A DNA stretch of 64,000 nt. Origin: Candidatus Parcubacteria bacterium. GTDB taxonomy: Bacteria; Patescibacteriota; Patescibacteriia; Patescibacteriales; UBA12465. The DNA is taken from NCBI GenBank assembly GCA_023444045.1, contig JAEZRQ010000006.1:29533-93532 (forward strand), written 5' to 3'. The notes beneath the pieces were generated by a model. The model did no database searches. It was not told the origin of the DNA and worked only from the letters and a program-made list of their open reading frames with translations. Shown piece after piece: positions 9,058-18,364 of this stretch; position 1 is the first letter of the stretch; every line of letters begins with the position of its first letter. A program made the translations under genes and the position numbers.

Positions 9058-10315
9058 AGATAAAATAGCTAAATACTCCTTCTATCTCTGGTTACTTGTT
9101 TGGCCTTGGCAAACAAAGTTAATTTTGCGCGGTTCCGATTCACCTTATTTAGAAATTTCTTTTTTTCTATCCTTTTTACTTCTGATTATCCCTCTTCTAG
9201 TTTGGGGGCGCCATATTTTAATAAATGATTATTGGCGTTTTAATAAAGAATCGTCTCGCCCTTGGTGGTACTTGGCTTTAATATTTTTTGAACTGATTAC
9301 CTTTGTTTCTATTTTTTGGGCTGAAGATCTTTGGCTAGCTTTTTATCGCTATTTAATTTTAGTTTTAGGTATTTTTTTATTTTATCTAATAAAGAACAAA
9401 GCTTTTATTAAAAGCCAAAAAATAATTAAATATTTCTTAATCGGGCTTATTCCTTCAGCTTTACTCGCTATCTGGCAATTTTTTAATCAAAGTGCTTTTG
9501 CCTTTAAATATTTAGGTTTAGCATATCATTCGGCTGCAGTTCTCGGTGATTCAGTGATTGAGACTGCCTCTAGCCGTATTTTAAGGGCCCATGGTTCTTT
9601 TGATCATCCTAATATTTTAGGGGGGGTGATGGTGCTGGGTATTATTTTACTGCTATATTCCAGTTTGAGACAGAAAACAAGCCGTCGCCAAGAAATATTT
9701 TATTTAATCACCTTAACTATTTTTTATCTAGCTCTTTTAGCCTCTTTTTCTCGTGCTGCTTTTTTATCTTTTTTAGTAAGTATTCCTTTAACTTTTATTA
9801 TTTTTTGGAAAGATTTTCCAGCTGCTAGGAAGAAGATTCTTTTGTATTTAGGATTAATTGTTTTTACTGCCGCTATTTTTATTCTACCTCGCCAAGATTT
9901 ATTTTTAACTAGAGCCCAGACCGAAAGCCGCTTGGAGCTTAAATCAATTTCTGAAAGGGAAGTGTACTTTAATCAGGCTCTAGATGTAATAAAATTAAAA
10001 CCCCTCTCAGGAGCTGGGGTTGGCGGCTATATAAATGAGATTAAAAAAATAGATAGCTATAGCAACCCTTATTGGTATTACCAGCCAGTACATAATTATT
10101 GGCTGCTTATTTTGTCCGAACTGGGTGTTGTTGGCCTTATCTCAATGCTTATATTTTGGGGGGCTTTGTTTTTCTTAGGCCTTAAAAATAAACTTTGGCC
10201 GATTATTATTGCTCTATTTATCTTAAGCCTTTTTGATCACTGGCTATGGACCCAGAATTTAGGGGTACTAATCTTTTTTGTAGTTTCAGGGTTATTTTTT
10301 AGAGATGATATTTAG
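9041..10315 (+). CDS. Wzy_C/O-antigen-ligase-family polytopic membrane protein
   Basis: About 10 predicted TM helices. Central loop SFSRAAFLSFLVSIPL and HGSFDHPN resemble WaaL/PglL-type Wzy_C proteins. Confidence 0.55.
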   Translation: MVSMTKDKIAKYSFYLWLLVWPWQTKLILRGSDSPYLEISFFLSFLLLIIPLLVWGRHILINDYWRFNKESSRPWWYLALIFFELITFVSIFWAEDLWLAFYRYLILVLGIFLFYLIKNKAFIKSQKIIKYFLIGLIPSALLAIWQFFNQSAFAFKYLGLAYHSAAVLGDSVIETASSRILRAHGSFDHPNILGGVMVLGIILLLYSSLRQKTSRRQEIFYLITLTIFYLALLASFSRAAFLSFLVSIPLTFIIFWKDFPAARKKILLYLGLIVFTAAIFILPRQDLFLTRAQTESRLELKSISEREVYFNQALDVIKLKPLSGAGVGGYINEIKKIDSYSNPYWYYQPVHNYWLLILSELGVVGLISMLIFWGALFFLGLKNKLWPIIIALFILSLFDHWLWTQNLGVLIFFVVSGLFFRDDI

Positions 10316-10348
10316 CTTAGTACTTTCTTTCTATTAAAAAAAACGAAC

Positions 10349-10561
10349 CTATTTGATCCGTTTTTTTATTTGGTATTTCTTTTGCAGTAACATTAAATCA
10401 TCATGTAGCTCTTGGTATTCTTTCTTGGGCCACTTTTTATCTTGTTGCCAGAGAGATAAGATAGTGGCTAGAGTTCCAAAATAATCATCTGACTGAACAT
10501 GAAACCTCACACTTTCCTCATCATGCAAAATGAAATTATAGGACTTTATTTGATAAGTCAT
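10349..10561 (-). CDS. small hypothetical protein downstream of radC
   Basis: 70-aa ORF co-oriented with radC, 31 nt downstream. No motif. Confidence 0.3.
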   Translation of the reverse strand: MTYQIKSYNFILHDEESVRFHVQSDDYFGTLATILSLWQQDKKWPKKEYQELHDDLMLLQKKYQIKKRIK

Positions 10562-10592
10562 AAATAAATGAATCTTGAGGGGAAAGACTTCG

Positions 10593-11315
10593 TTATTTTA
10601 GGGGCACGCTAATAAATTTATTACCAGCAATAATCAAATGATCTAGGACATCAATACCGAGCACACGACCCGCTTCCGCTAAATTAGCACTAACCTCTAA
10701 ATCGGCCGCACTAACTTTAAGTGATCCTGAAGGATGGTTGTGAGCAATAATAACGGCCACGGCGCTATATTCAAAGGCTGGTTTAAAAACCTCTCTTGGA
10801 TGGACCAAGCTGGAAGTCAGGCTGCCCACAGAAATCACCTCATCGTGGACTAATTGGTAGCGACTGTTTAGGTAAAGGCCTCTGAAGTTTTCTTTACCTA
10901 AATTACCCATATCCTTTAAATGATCAAAGGCCTGTTTGGCGCTTCTAATAGTAATTGAGCCATGAGGTTTTTTCTGAAAAAAGCGACGTCCCAGCTCAAA
11001 ACAAGCGACAATCTGACAGGCCTTAACTAATGGAATGTCTAGTTCTTGAGCTAACTTTTCCGGCTTAGTCTCACTAATAATTGCTTTTTCGCCGTATTCT
11101 TTAAGTAGTCTGGCACTTAGCTCTAAAACACCCTCTTTCTTATTACCAGTATTTAAAACAATAGCCAGTAGTTCTGCTGAAGAGAGCTCAGAAACACCCC
11201 TTTCAATCAGTTTTTCTCGGGGTTTGTCTTTTTCAGCTAAATCCTTAACCCTCAGAACATATTTTTTGTCTTGACTGACCACAATATCATGGTCCTTTAT
11301 TTGATAATTAGCCAT
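10593..11315 (-). CDS. radC: RadC-like JAB-domain protein (UPF0758)
   Basis: HhH-containing N-terminus (ELLAIVL) and C-terminal JAMM-like HNHPSG motif. Confidence 0.85.
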   Translation of the reverse strand: MANYQIKDHDIVVSQDKKYVLRVKDLAEKDKPREKLIERGVSELSSAELLAIVLNTGNKKEGVLELSARLLKEYGEKAIISETKPEKLAQELDIPLVKACQIVACFELGRRFFQKKPHGSITIRSAKQAFDHLKDMGNLGKENFRGLYLNSRYQLVHDEVISVGSLTSSLVHPREVFKPAFEYSAVAVIIAHNHPSGSLKVSAADLEVSANLAEAGRVLGIDVLDHLIIAGNKFISVPLK

Positions 11316-11412
11316 AAGTTTAGCATTAGGGCCAGAATTTACTTAGTCTGACTAGTTTCAATTATAGCAAAGTTATGATAAATTTAAAGGGTGAAAATAA
11401 TTAAAATTATCT

Positions 11413-12687
11413 ATGAAATCATATTACGTCAACACTTTATCCAATAACTTAAAATATTTAAAAGCGCCGCAAGTTGGCACCAAAACAGTCACTGTTTTAG
11501 TAGTTGTTAAAACTGGTTCAAAATATGAAACTCGTCGTCAGAGCGGATTATCTCATTTCTTGGAGCATATGTTTTTTAAGGGCACAGTCAAAAGACCAAC
11601 CACTCTAGCTCTCACTTCGGAGCTAGATAGTATTGGTGGAGAATATAACGCCTTTACTTCTAAAGAATACACAGGATATTGGGTTAAGGTAGCCACTTCT
11701 AAAACCGACATCGCCTTAGAGTTGCTATCTGATATGTTACTTAATTCTAAATTTGAAGCGGCTGAGATAGAAAGAGAAAAGGGCACCATTATTGAAGAAA
11801 TAAACATGTATGAAGATAATCCTTTAATGAAAATCGAGGATGTCTTTGAGGCCTGTCTTTATGGTGATACTCCGGCCGGCTGGGATACCGCGGGTTCAAT
11901 TGAAAATGTCAAAGCTTTTAAGCGTCAAGATTTTATTAATTATTTTAAGACTCAATATGGTTCTAAAAGCTCAACATTAATTGTCGCCGGCGCCCTGCCT
12001 AAAAATATTGATAGTTTGGTTAAAAAACATTTTTCATCATTTAATAAAAATACCCGGAAGGATAAAATAAAAGTTAAAGAAAATCAAAAAACTCCAGCAA
12101 TCAAAACTATTATCAAAAAAACTGATCAAGTTACCCTGTCTTTAGGAGTCAGAACCCCGAGTGTTGGCCATCAAGATGAATTCATTGTTAAATTACTGGC
12201 AGTTATTTTAGGTGGCTCTATGAGCTCGCGTTTATTTATTGAAATTCGTGAGCGTCGCGGCTTAGCTTATGTTGTTAGGACAAGCACCGAAAATTATTCA
12301 GATTCGGCTTATCTAAACACTACAGTGGGTGTTAAGTTAGGAAAAGAAACTGAGGCAGTTAGATTAATTATTGAAGCTTACCAGCGACTTACTCAGGAAC
12401 TTATTAGTGAAGAAGAACTTTTAAGAGCTAAAGATATGATTAAAGGTAGATTAGCTATTTCACTGGAGGCTTCCGATGATTTAGCTAATTGGTATGGTCG
12501 CCAGGCAGTAATGCGTAAAAAATATTTAACGCCGGAAGAATATACTTTAATGATTGATAAGATCAGTGCTAGTGATTTAAAAAGGGTAGCAAAAAAGATT
12601 TTTGTAACCAATAATTTAAACTTAGCTTTAATTGGTCCTATTAATAAAAACCAGGAAAGAGCTTTAAAAAAACTTTTAAAAATTTAA
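11413..12687 (+). CDS. M16-family (pitrilysin/insulinase-like) zinc peptidase
   Basis: Inverted zinc motif HFLEHMFFKGT (HxxEH) near the N-terminus; about 420 aa, typical for M16B. Confidence 0.8.
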   Translation: MKSYYVNTLSNNLKYLKAPQVGTKTVTVLVVVKTGSKYETRRQSGLSHFLEHMFFKGTVKRPTTLALTSELDSIGGEYNAFTSKEYTGYWVKVATSKTDIALELLSDMLLNSKFEAAEIEREKGTIIEEINMYEDNPLMKIEDVFEACLYGDTPAGWDTAGSIENVKAFKRQDFINYFKTQYGSKSSTLIVAGALPKNIDSLVKKHFSSFNKNTRKDKIKVKENQKTPAIKTIIKKTDQVTLSLGVRTPSVGHQDEFIVKLLAVILGGSMSSRLFIEIRERRGLAYVVRTSTENYSDSAYLNTTVGVKLGKETEAVRLIIEAYQRLTQELISEEELLRAKDMIKGRLAISLEASDDLANWYGRQAVMRKKYLTPEEYTLMIDKISASDLKRVAKKIFVTNNLNLALIGPINKNQERALKKLLKI

Positions 12688-12690
12688 TTT

Positions 12691-15600
12691 GTGATAGATG
12701 AATTATTACAAAAATTAAATAAAGCGCAGCAAGAAGCGGTCACCCATGAAAATGGCCCACTCTTAATTGTGGCTGGGGCGGGAACTGGTAAAACAACGGT
12801 TTTAATTAATCGTTTAGCTTATTTAGTACTAGAAAAAGGTTTATCAACCGAAGAGATTTTATTACTGACTTTTACTGAGAAATCAGCCGCTGAGTTAGAA
12901 GAAAGAGCTGATAAATTATTACCTTACGGTTATGTTGATTTATGGATCCACACTTTTCATGGTTTTTGCGAACGTATTTTACGCGAACGTGCTTTAGATA
13001 TTGGCTTGTCAGCCGATTTTAAATTGCTATCAGCAACTGAACAATGGATTTTGATAAAGAAAAATTTAGCCAAATTTGATTTGGATTATTATAAACCACT
13101 TGGTAATCCTACTAAATTTATTTCTGAGCTGTTGCGCCATTTTTCTCGCTTAAAAGATGAAAATATTTCAGCTGACGATTATTTAAAAACTGTGAAAGAA
13201 AGTAATGAAGAGGATGAAATGGAATTAAAGCGGCTCCAGGAACTAGCTAGTGCTTATAAAACCTATAATCAGCTGCTGATTGAAAATAATTATTTAGACT
13301 TCGGTGACTTGATTGTTTATACCATTAAATTATTTAGAGACAGACCAAATATTTTGCATCTTTATCAGAAGCAATTTAAACATATTATGGTTGATGAATT
13401 TCAGGATACCAACTGGGCCCAGTATGAGTTAGTGAAGATGCTAGCACAACCAAACAATAATCTCACGGTTGTCGGCGATGACGATCAATGTTTACCAGGG
13501 AGCGCTTTAATAGAAACAGATAAGAAAATTAAAAAAATTAAAGACATAAAAGTTGGCGATGAAGTAGTAACAGCGGTTGGTAAAGGGTATTTAAGTTATT
13601 CTAAGGTTAACTTGATAAATAAAACAAAAAAGAAATGCCGTCTTTTAACATTTAATTTAAAATCTGGTAAGAAAATAATGGTAACAGATAATCATAAGCT
13701 ATTTTCTTTTACTCCTCGCATTTCTAATAAGACATATTTTTATGTTTATTTAATGCTTAAGCAAGAATTAGGTTGGCGAATGGGCATGACTAACGACTTA
13801 GCGACTCGTTTAAGATTGGAACGGGGAGCAGATAGTATTATTCCGGTTGGTTGCTATAAATCTTTAGAAGAAGCTCGCTTTCATGAAGTATTATTTTCTT
13901 TAAAATATGGTATTCCGACCTCTTGTTTTCAAGAGCGCGGTGGTATCATGGATAAAAAAAATTGGAGTGAAAAATTGTATCAAGAATTAAAAGTAGACGA
14001 TGCTGTTAGATTGTTGGCTCAAGACAAGAATATTGATTTAAACTACCCACCCTATTGTTTACAGGCAGTTAAGAGAGGTTCTAAATCTAGAATTATAATC
14101 AGCTTAGAAATGTGTTGTCGCCGTTATCGTTCTAAATATGATAAGAATGGTTTTTTAGATCATCCTCAGGTTCTACATTCCTTGAACTTAGAAACAAGCG
14201 ACACGGAAGCAATTACTAAGCTTAAAAAACTTAATTTGCCTCTTACAGCCGCCAAAAAAGGTAAACGGGTTAGGGTTACTAGCACTGATTTGGTTCATTT
14301 AGGGGAAGTGGCTAAAAAAATTCAGCAGCAGGTTGGTGGGTTTATTGAGGTCAAGATGAATATTGCTAAGGATAAAACCAAGTACTTAAAATCTTTAGTT
14401 ATTCCGGCTAAAAATATTTTTCCTGGTATGTTATTGCCTATAATGTCTGATAAAGGTTTGGTTTATGAAGAAATAATTAGCCGCAGTGAAAAAGATAAAT
14501 TAGAAACTGTATATGATTTAGAAGTTGACCGCACTCATAATTTTATTGCTAATGGAGTGGCGGTTCATAATTCTATCTATAAATTCCGCGGGGCCTCCAT
14601 TTCTAATATTATGCAGTTTAAAGATGACTATCAAACTGCTAAAGAGTTAGTGCTAGTTGATAATTATCGTTCCCGCCAAGAAATTTTGGATTATTCTTAT
14701 GAGTTTATTAAACATAATAATCCTAATCGCCTGGAAGAAAAATTAAAGATTAATAAAAAGCTAAAATCTGGCGCTAACTTTGAAAATAAAGAAACTGCGG
14801 CTGTAAAATATTTGAATTTTGATCGCGGCGAAGAAGAGGTTTCTTTTGTTGCTTCACAAATTAGCGATTTACATCAGCAGACCGGTGCTAATTGGTTTGA
14901 TTTCGCAATTCTAGTTAGAGCTAACGATACAGCTGATGCTTATGTAAAAGAATTGAATCGCTTAGGGGCGCCTAATCAATTTGTTTCTTTAAAAGGTCTT
15001 TATTTTAAACCAATTATTTTGGATTGTTTAGCATATCTTAGGTTACTTGATAATTATCATGAATCTTCAGCCCTTTTCAGGGTCTTAAATATGGAACCTT
15101 TTAAAGTTAGTCACTTAGATATTATTACGATTAATAAATTTGCTAAGCGAAAAGTTTGGTCTTTATTTGAGGCTTTAAAAAATATTGAAGCAATTCCTGG
15201 CATTTCTAAGTTAGCTAAAGAAAATACCAAAAAACTTTTAACTCTAATTGAAACTCATTCTAAGTTGGTAGCAGAATCATCGCCCAGTAAGATATTTTTA
15301 AGATTCGTCTATGATTCAGGAATGCTCTCGGCTTATGATTTTGATCGTGATCAAGAACTTTTTTCCTATTTAAATCAGTTCTATCAAAAAATTAAAAAGT
15401 TTGAAGAAACCCTGCCATCGGCTAAGCTGCAAGATTTTATGCAACTAATGGATTTAGAATTAGAAGCAGGTGAGGTTGGTGCTTTAAGGCTTGATTTTGC
15501 TGATAATGATACTGTAAAAATAATGACCGTTCATGCAGCCAAAGGTTTGGAATTTAAGTATGTCTTTTTAGTTAATATTGTTGATAAGAAATTTCCGACT

Positions 15601-16677
15601 ATTACCCGGAGTGAAAAAATCAGTATTCCCGATGAACTAGTCAAAGAAAAAATTAGTGTGAGCAAAGATTTTCATCTGGAAGAAGAACGTCGGCTATTTT
15701 ATGTCGCGATTACCCGGGCTAAAGAAGAATTATTTATTACTGGCGCTAAAGATTATGGTGGTGCCCGCGAGAAAAAACCATCACCTTTTGTAGCGGAAAT
15801 GGGTTTAAATATTACCGAGGTAAGCGGTGACGAAAACTTTATTAATAAGTTAGAGCTTTTAAGAGACTTAGAAAGATTAAATCAGGGTGAGCCGGAAAAA
15901 ACAGAGCAGCTGGTGTTACCAGAAAAATTTTCTTTTTCCCAGTTAGCCGCTTTTTCAACTTGCCCCTTACAATATAAATTTGCTTTTGTTTTAAAGATTC
16001 CCGCACCAAGCGATAAAGCTTCTTTGATTTTTGGTCGAGTGCTGCACAATGTTTTACATGATTTTCTAGAACCACTAGAAGTGGGCGGACTTCAGGAAAG
16101 TTTATTTACTAAGAAAGAAGTAAAACTAGAGGAGAAAAAGTTATTGGCGCTTTATGATGAAAGGTGGCAAGCTGATGGTTATGAGGATAAAGAAGAGCGA
16201 GAGAAATATTATCAAAAAGGCAAAAAGATACTACGAGCTTTTTTTGATAATTTAAAGAACGAAGATGTTCCTAACATTCTTTATCTTGAGAAAAACTTTA
16301 CTTTTAAAATTGGCGGCGGGATAATTAAGGGGGCGATTGATCGAGTTGACCGTTTACCAGACGGTACTTTGGAAATTATTGACTATAAGACCGGTAACCC
16401 TAAAGAAAAACTTGAGCTAAAGGATAAAAAACAATTAATTCTTTATAAAATATTTTTGGAAGAATTTTTACAAATTAAGGTTAGTAAGTTAAGTTATTAT
16501 TATTTAGAGGGAACCTATAAAACCTCTTTTGAGGCTAAAGAAAAAGAAGTAGAAAAATTAAGGGCAGAGGTTTTAGAGGAAATCAATGAAATTAAAAAAG
16601 GGAATTTTCCTCCTAATCCAACCGAAATGTGCAAATTCTGTGATTTTCGCAGTATTTGCCAGTGGCGGTTAAAATAA
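12691..16677 (+). CDS. UvrD/PcrA/AddA-type SF1 helicase fused to a C-terminal Cas4/AddB-like Fe-S PD-(D/E)XK nuclease; contains an intein
   Basis: Walker A AGAGTGKT, motif II VDEFQDTN, motif III GDDDQ|intein|SIYKFRGA. C-terminal Cys cluster (STCPLQYKF ... CKFCDFRSIC) with an EIIDYK-type nuclease motif. Confidence 0.85.
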   Translation: MIDELLQKLNKAQQEAVTHENGPLLIVAGAGTGKTTVLINRLAYLVLEKGLSTEEILLLTFTEKSAAELEERADKLLPYGYVDLWIHTFHGFCERILRERALDIGLSADFKLLSATEQWILIKKNLAKFDLDYYKPLGNPTKFISELLRHFSRLKDENISADDYLKTVKESNEEDEMELKRLQELASAYKTYNQLLIENNYLDFGDLIVYTIKLFRDRPNILHLYQKQFKHIMVDEFQDTNWAQYELVKMLAQPNNNLTVVGDDDQCLPGSALIETDKKIKKIKDIKVGDEVVTAVGKGYLSYSKVNLINKTKKKCRLLTFNLKSGKKIMVTDNHKLFSFTPRISNKTYFYVYLMLKQELGWRMGMTNDLATRLRLERGADSIIPVGCYKSLEEARFHEVLFSLKYGIPTSCFQERGGIMDKKNWSEKLYQELKVDDAVRLLAQDKNIDLNYPPYCLQAVKRGSKSRIIISLEMCCRRYRSKYDKNGFLDHPQVLHSLNLETSDTEAITKLKKLNLPLTAAKKGKRVRVTSTDLVHLGEVAKKIQQQVGGFIEVKMNIAKDKTKYLKSLVIPAKNIFPGMLLPIMSDKGLVYEEIISRSEKDKLETVYDLEVDRTHNFIANGVAVHNSIYKFRGASISNIMQFKDDYQTAKELVLVDNYRSRQEILDYSYEFIKHNNPNRLEEKLKINKKLKSGANFENKETAAVKYLNFDRGEEEVSFVASQISDLHQQTGANWFDFAILVRANDTADAYVKELNRLGAPNQFVSLKGLYFKPIILDCLAYLRLLDNYHESSALFRVLNMEPFKVSHLDIITINKFAKRKVWSLFEALKNIEAIPGISKLAKENTKKLLTLIETHSKLVAESSPSKIFLRFVYDSGMLSAYDFDRDQELFSYLNQFYQKIKKFEETLPSAKLQDFMQLMDLELEAGEVGALRLDFADNDTVKIMTVHAAKGLEFKYVFLVNIVDKKFPTITRSEKISIPDELVKEKISVSKDFHLEEERRLFYVAITRAKEELFITGAKDYGGAREKKPSPFVAEMGLNITEVSGDENFINKLELLRDLERLNQGEPEKTEQLVLPEKFSFSQLAAFSTCPLQYKFAFVLKIPAPSDKASLIFGRVLHNVLHDFLEPLEVGGLQESLFTKKEVKLEEKKLLALYDERWQADGYEDKEEREKYYQKGKKILRAFFDNLKNEDVPNILYLEKNFTFKIGGGIIKGAIDRVDRLPDGTLEIIDYKTGNPKEKLELKDKKQLILYKIFLEEFLQIKVSKLSYYYLEGTYKTSFEAKEKEVEKLRAEVLEEINEIKKGNFPPNPTEMCKFCDFRSICQWRLK
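13489..14571 (+). mobile_element. intein, 361 aa, in helicase motif III, probably with a degenerate endonuclease domain
   Basis: Starts with Cys (CLPGSALIET, block A), has block B TDNH, ends VYDLEVDRTHNFIANGVAVHN followed by Ser (+1). Excising it restores the contiguous GDDDQSIYKFRGA helicase motif. In frame with the host ORF. Confidence 0.8.
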
Positions 16678-16681
16678 TTTT

Positions 16682-17356
16682 ATGGGCATGTCTTGGTTTA
16701 AGTGGCGTTACTTTCTTTATCTGGCAATTATTGGGTTATGGTTTATTTGGTTTGTTAATATTAGAGTGAATTCAGCGTCCAATTTAATTGCTGTTGATTG
16801 TGATCGAAATATTGATTCTTTCCCAGTTGGCATTGTTTTAGGGGCTAGAGTTTTTAGCGATAAATCACTGAGCGATGTTTACCGTGACCGCTTAGATACC
16901 GCAATCAGGATTTATGAAAACGGGAAGATAGATAAAATTTTAATTTCCGGTGATCATGGTCAGTTAAATTATGATGAGGTAAATGCTGGAAAAAATTATC
17001 TACTGGAAAACGGTATTCCTGGGAGTGATATTTTTTTAGATCATGCTGGTTTTGATACTTATGACTCTATCTACCGAGCAAAAAATATTTTTCAAATTGA
17101 TAAGGCCTTAATCATCACCCAAAAATTTCACCTGCCACGAGCCCTTTATTTTAGTGAGGCGCTGGAAATTAATGCTTTAGGTTGTGAGGCGGATTTGCAT
17201 GAGTACCGGGATATTTCTAAAATGAAACAAAGGGAAATATTTGCTCGCGTCAAAGCTTGGTTTAGTGTCGCTTGTGGAGCTAACCCAAAATATTTAGGGC
17301 CAGTTCATGATATTGGTGGCGATGGCGAACAAACTTGGGACGAAATTAATTATTAA
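16682..17356 (+). CDS. SanA/YdcF-like DUF218 membrane protein
   Basis: N-terminal [11 protein letters not shown]...[23 protein letters not shown]...[11 protein letters not shown] matches the DUF218/SanA pattern. Confidence 0.65.
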   Translation: MGMSWFKWRYFLYLAIIGLWFIWFVNIRVNSASNLIAVDCDRNIDSFPVGIVLGARVFSDKSLSDVYRDRLDTAIRIYENGKIDKILISGDHGQLNYDEVNAGKNYLLENGIPGSDIFLDHAGFDTYDSIYRAKNIFQIDKALIITQKFHLPRALYFSEALEINALGCEADLHEYRDISKMKQREIFARVKAWFSVACGANPKYLGPVHDIGGDGEQTWDEINY

Positions 17357-17360
17357 TCAT

Positions 17361-18362
17361 ATGGAAGAGGAGAGAATTACTAGCCCTCAAGAACAGGGGA
17401 ATGAAGACTTATTTGATTTTTCATTGCGCCCAAAAACCTTAAGTGAATATGTGGGGCAAGAAAAGGTAAAACTTAATTTAGAGATTGCTATTTCAGCGGC
17501 CAAAAAAAGACAAGAGCCAATGGAACACGTTTTATTATATGGAGCGCCTGGTTTAGGAAAGACTACCTTGGCTCATGTGATTTCCAATGAAGTTGGTAAT
17601 AATATTAAAGTTACTTCCGGACCAGCAATTGAAAAAAGTGGTGATTTGGCAGCCATTTTAAGTAATTTAGAGGAGGGTGATATTTTATTTATTGACGAGA
17701 TTCATCGTCTTAATAAAAGCATTGAAGAAATTCTTTATCCGGCGATGGAAGATTTTGCTTTGGATATTGTAATGGGCAAAGGGCCAAGTGCCAGAACGCT
17801 ACGCTTAGACTTGCCACGTTTTACTATTATTGGCGCCACTACCATGGTCAGTCTTTTATCAGCACCACTCCGCGATCGTTTTGGTCACATTTATCATTTA
17901 AATTTTTATGAGTCAGCTGAGATTGAAAAAATTATTAGAAGAAGCGCCAAACTTTTAAAAGTTGATTTAGATAGAGAAGCGGTCTCTTTAATTGCTAATA
18001 GATCAAGGAAGACTCCGAGAATTGCTAATCGTCTACTTAAAAGGGTAAGAGATTATGCCCAAGTAAAAGGTAATGGTTATATTGATTTAAAAATTTGTGA
18101 GGAAGCTTTTAAGGTGCTTGAAGTTGATAATATTGGGCTTGATCATGTTGATCGTAAAATACTTTTAACCATTATTGATAAATTTAAGGGCGGTCCGGTT
18201 GGTCTTAACACCTTAGCGGCCGCTACTGGTGAGGAAATAGATACTATTTGTGATGTCTATGAACCTTACTTATTACAAATTGGTTTTTTAGATCGCTCGG
18301 CTCGTGGACGTGTAGTTACTGAAGCAGCCTATAAACACTTAAATCTAGAATTTTTAAGTTGA
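17361..18362 (+). CDS. ruvB: Holliday junction DNA helicase RuvB
   Basis: [17 protein letters not shown] Walker A and RuvB C-terminal winged helix. Start placed at ATG 17361, since ORF-track start 17307 overlaps the upstream gene. Confidence 0.9.
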   Translation: MEEERITSPQEQGNEDLFDFSLRPKTLSEYVGQEKVKLNLEIAISAAKKRQEPMEHVLLYGAPGLGKTTLAHVISNEVGNNIKVTSGPAIEKSGDLAAILSNLEEGDILFIDEIHRLNKSIEEILYPAMEDFALDIVMGKGPSARTLRLDLPRFTIIGATTMVSLLSAPLRDRFGHIYHLNFYESAEIEKIIRRSAKLLKVDLDREAVSLIANRSRKTPRIANRLLKRVRDYAQVKGNGYIDLKICEEAFKVLEVDNIGLDHVDRKILLTIIDKFKGGPVGLNTLAAATGEEIDTICDVYEPYLLQIGFLDRSARGRVVTEAAYKHLNLEFLS

Positions 18363-18364
18363 TT

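Noticed and set aside
13489-14571. Canonical LAGLIDADG homing endonuclease inside the intein
   Set aside because: I could not identify two clean LAGLIDADG-type motifs by eye in the central 200 aa. The endonuclease domain is inferred from size only and may be degenerate.
17307-17360. Upstream start for ruvB (ORF track 17307)
   Set aside because: It would overlap the sanA-like gene by 50 nt. ATG 17361 lies 4 nt after that gene's stop and gives a normal RuvB N-terminus.
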